From: Methanocaldococcus sp. 16A
GTDB taxonomy: Archaea > AGJL01 > Methanococci > Methanococcales > Methanocaldococcaceae
Assembly: GCA_049860595.1 (NCBI GenBank)
Contig: CP187551.1
Reading direction: 5' to 3' (one strand)
DNA: 64,000 nt
Of the stretch, positions 60,960 to 64,000 are shown in pieces. Both the position numbers and the translations under genes were made by a program. Numbering within the stretch: position 1 is the first letter of the stretch; every line of letters starts with the position of its first letter. The notes under the pieces were generated by a model. It had not been told where the DNA came from. It was given only the letters and a program-made list of their open reading frames with translations, and ran no database searches.

Positions 60960-62267
60960 ATGAAATTTATTGAAAGATACTTTGAATTTGAAAAATATGG
61001 AACTAATCTAAAAGTAGAAACTCTTGCAGGAATAACAACTTTTATGACCATGGCATATATAATATTTGTTAATCCGCAAATTTTGAGTGCTGCTGGTATG
61101 GATTTTGGGGCGGTTATGGTCGCTACTTGTATAGCTTCAGCAATAGCAACATTAATTATGGGCTTATATGCAAGATACCCATTTGCCTTAGCTCCAGGGA
61201 TGGGGCTTAACGCTTACTTTACCTATGGGGTTTGTTTAGGTATGGGTATTGATTGGAGAGTTGCGTTAGGTGCTGTTTTTATCTCTGGAGTATTGTTTAT
61301 AATATTAACATTGACAAAGATAAGAACATGGATTTTTAACGTTATTCCTAACGCTATAAAATATGGAACTGCTGTTGGTATTGGTTTATTTATTGCGTTT
61401 ATTGGGTTGAAAAGTGCAGGTATTATTGTTGATAGTAAAGCTACGTTAGTTACATTAGGTAATTTAATGGAACCTTCTACATTATTAGCATTGTTTGGAA
61501 TATTTTTAACATCAATATTAGTTAGTAGGAATGTCATTGGAGCTATTTTAATTGGAATTATAGTAACTTCATTGATAGGGATGATTTTAGGAATATCTCC
61601 ATTCCCAGAAGGAATATTTTCAATGCCTCCATCAATTGAGCCAACATTTCTACAGCTTGATATAATGGGAGCTCTAAACTTAGGGCTTTTAACAATTGTT
61701 TTGGCATTCTTCTTTGTTGATATGTTCGATACATTAGGGACTTTAAGTGCATTATCTTCACAAGCAGGATATTTAGATAAAGATGGAAAACTTCCAAGAG
61801 TTGAAAAGGCGTTAATGGCAGATGCTACTGGAACTGTTGTTGGTTCTCTCCTAGGGACATCAACAGTAACAACCTATATAGAATCTGCAAGTGGTATTGC
61901 ACTTGGAGGAAGAACTGGTTTTGTTTCAGTAGTTGTAGCAGTGCTATTTTTACTATCTTTATTCTTCTATCCAGTAGTTAAGGCAATTCCACCTTATGCT
62001 ACAGCTGCAGCTCTTGTTATTGTAGGGGCATTGATGATGAAATCTATAAAGAATATTGATTTCGATGATTATACTGAGGCGATTCCTGCATTTATAACTC
62101 TGCTAACAATTCCTTTAACATTCAGTATAGCTACCGGGCTTGCTTTAGGATTCATTACTTATCCAATCTTAAAGATATTTACTGGAAGATGGAAAGAAGT
62201 CCACTGGCTTGTATATGTTTTGGCTATAATATTTGCCCTAAGATTTGTTTATCTCTCAGGGGGATAA
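60960..62267 (+). CDS. NCS2/AzgA-family purine permease
   Basis: ETLAGITTFMTMAYIIFVNP, APGMGLNAYF, DMFDT.GT, YIESASG..GGRTG. Confidence 0.93.
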   Translation: MKFIERYFEFEKYGTNLKVETLAGITTFMTMAYIIFVNPQILSAAGMDFGAVMVATCIASAIATLIMGLYARYPFALAPGMGLNAYFTYGVCLGMGIDWRVALGAVFISGVLFIILTLTKIRTWIFNVIPNAIKYGTAVGIGLFIAFIGLKSAGIIVDSKATLVTLGNLMEPSTLLALFGIFLTSILVSRNVIGAILIGIIVTSLIGMILGISPFPEGIFSMPPSIEPTFLQLDIMGALNLGLLTIVLAFFFVDMFDTLGTLSALSSQAGYLDKDGKLPRVEKALMADATGTVVGSLLGTSTVTTYIESASGIALGGRTGFVSVVVAVLFLLSLFFYPVVKAIPPYATAAALVIVGALMMKSIKNIDFDDYTEAIPAFITLLTIPLTFSIATGLALGFITYPILKIFTGRWKEVHWLVYVLAIIFALRFVYLSGG

Positions 62268-62349
62268 CAAAGTATTTAAATACCTCTTAATCATTTTATT
62301 TTTTATTTATTTTTTATACATCAATTTTATCAATTTATGAGTTGAGAGT

Positions 62350-62655
62350 ATGAAAGTAGCTATTTCAATGGATGTTGATAAAATTAGCGATAGTTTTGAA
62401 GATTGTAAGTATTTTTTAATTGTTAAAATAGAGAATAATGAAATTAAGGGAACAAAAGTTATTTTCAATGATGAAAATAGTCAAAAATCTATTATAAAAG
62501 AAAAGATCAGTGCAATTATATGTAAAAGAATAAATAAAGAAAATTATAAAAAATTTAGTAAAAAAATGGAAATTTATTATGCTGAAGGAGAGGATATTGA
62601 CAAAAATGTCTCTTTATTCGTTGAAAAAAAGCTAAATAAAATAACTAATCCATAA
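62350..62655 (+). CDS. NifX/NifB-C (FeMo-co binding fold)-like small protein
   Basis: MKVAI..D...IS.SF..C.YFLIV, AIIC pattern; degenerate. Confidence 0.65.
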   Translation: MKVAISMDVDKISDSFEDCKYFLIVKIENNEIKGTKVIFNDENSQKSIIKEKISAIICKRINKENYKKFSKKMEIYYAEGEDIDKNVSLFVEKKLNKITNP

Positions 62656-62733
62656 TTTATTTTCCTATATCTTGAAGTATAACCGTAAAATTTATATACT
62701 AAATCATTATATTCTTCATTATGCCTGTTTTGT

Positions 62734-62823
62734 GCAGGGGTAGCCAAGCCAGGACTACGGCGCTGGACTTGAGATCCAGTGGGGCTTTGCCCCGCCTGGG
62801 TTCAAATCCCAGCCCCTGCGCCA
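62734..62823 (+). tRNA. tRNA-Ser(TGA)
   Basis: Acceptor GCAGGGG/CCCCTGC, G73, anticodon CTGGA-CT-TGA-GA-TCCAG, long variable arm, CCA; BRE/TATA at 62683-62698. Confidence 0.96.
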
Positions 62824-62932
62824 TAATTTTAAAATTTTTTGTTTTTTTATTTTAGTTATTAAAATTGAATAATTTAAATATATAAATTAATTTGATGATA
62901 AAAAATTGTTTTTTGATAAATGAGACTTAAAA

Positions 62933-63012
62933 TAGGACTTTCGCAGGAATAAATATTTTAGTAGCTTTATTTTAGTTTTCCTAATATGAGTATAGAAACT
63001 GTGAAAGTCCTA
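62933..63012. mobile_element. Family A MITE-like element
   Basis: taggactttcgcag ... ctgtgaaagtccta. Confidence 0.78.
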
Positions 63013-63052
63013 ATTATTTATCTAAATTATTAAAATAAAAATTATTTCAAAA

Positions 63053-64000
63053 TTATGGTAACCATGTGCTTTCATCCTTAATTTTTTCAGGTAAATAAGT
63101 ATTAACCACATACTTTAAACCATACTTAGCTAAAGACTGCTGCTCTGCTCTCACACCCATATCAAGCATCTGTTTTAAAGCTTTTTGCCATTCTGGGAAA
63201 CTTCTTACAAAGTCATCATTCTTTAAACCATCTTTTATCCTCTTAATATCTTGCTCCTTCAATGGATGAGTTGGCAAATCATAATCGACAATATCTTGTG
63301 GGGTAACTCCAATCAGCCTCGCTGCAGGAATTGATAACTTATCAGCTAAATGAATTGCTTTACCACTACCAACTTTTAGAGTTCTATAAATGTTTAAATA
63401 TCCATAAGGGTCCCCATCTGTAAATACTAAAACAGGTAGGTCGTGTTCTTCATGAAGCCTTTTTATAAACCTCCTTGTTGCCCTTGCTGGAACCCCTTTT
63501 AATGAAACCAATATACAGTTATGCTTATCCCAAAATCTCTCTGCATTTAATCTTGCAAACATACCTGATGTTTCTATTGCCAATACAAAATCAGCATCTG
63601 TCTCAAGATTTAATTTTGTTACATCATTTGGAATGTTATAAGCTCCAGTACCCAACTTTGTACAATCAACAACAAGCTCTCCTTCAGGAGTTTCTTCTAT
63701 AATTTTTAATGGCCCAACTACTGAGGAACCATCCTCCTCAGGAATAAATCCAAGGTGTTCTCTCAAAACTCCTAAAGCTGCTTCTAAATCTTCAATAACA
63801 TTGTTTGATGCTTGTTGGTCATCAAATCTTGCTTCTCCCCAATTTTTTGAGACATAATAAGCTTCCCTTAATGTTGAAAAATCATTAGTTTCTAATAACT
63901 GCTTAGCAAATTCCAACATCTTAGTTGTTTGTGCAAAAATCTTTGCCTGATTTACAGTTAATGTTCTTGCCTTTTCTTTACCTACCAAAGTAAATGAACC
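63053..64000 (-). CDS. top6A: DNA topoisomerase VI subunit A (5' end beyond the window)
   Basis: TLREAYY, F..Q..S, TOPRIM AIE..GMF, DGDPYG, AEQQ. Confidence 0.95.
   Translation of the reverse strand, partial: GSFTLVGKEKARTLTVNQAKIFAQTTKMLEFAKQLLETNDFSTLREAYYVSKNWGEARFDDQQASNNVIEDLEAALGVLREHLGFIPEEDGSSVVGPLKIIEETPEGELVVDCTKLGTGAYNIPNDVTKLNLETDADFVLAIETSGMFARLNAERFWDKHNCILVSLKGVPARATRRFIKRLHEEHDLPVLVFTDGDPYGYLNIYRTLKVGSGKAIHLADKLSIPAARLIGVTPQDIVDYDLPTHPLKEQDIKRIKDGLKNDDFVRSFPEWQKALKQMLDMGVRAEQQSLAKYGLKYVVNTYLPEKIKDESTWLP

Overview
AT-rich archaeal chromosome segment from a hyperthermophilic Methanocaldococcus. Gene content and order recall M. jannaschii MJ0478 down to MJ0399, then MJ0325-0327 and top6A; the locus numbers are from memory, not a database search. 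Bases 1-10.8 kb hold the rpl22-to-secY ribosomal protein cluster, including an rps14 missed by the ORF track, plus rnp1, SUI1 and EF-1beta. The rest is mostly housekeeping and methanogen cofactor genes (mfnE, mtnA, trpF, cofG, aIF-1A, rio1, hypB, trm14, tgtA, dcd, argG, wecC, dapB, RNA ligase, hisF, mptD, nadA, aroA', PMM, top6A), three tRNAs (Val-GAC, initiator Met-CAT, Ser-TGA) and a probable H/ACA guide RNA. I found no transposase, integrase or CRISPR array. The most unusual signals are non-coding. (1) A dispersed MITE-like family with TAGGACTTTCGCA ends supplies stop codons or C-terminal tails to several genes. (2) A modular family of REP-like hairpin cassettes shows compensatory changes; its largest copy sits between tRNA-Val and a degenerate duplicate of the tRNA 3' end. 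(3) A 13-bp inverted repeat brackets rnp1 and covers its ribosome-binding region. (4) A tandem hairpin pair with three compensatory base-pair swaps lies behind a THUMP-SPOUT gene. Poorly understood protein modules include a tandem Wzy-like operon, a secreted repeat protein with a deviant MinD/ParA ATPase, a HEPN pair coupled to wecC, tandem pilin-like genes, an XRE-AzlCD cassette and a SelB-like factor.
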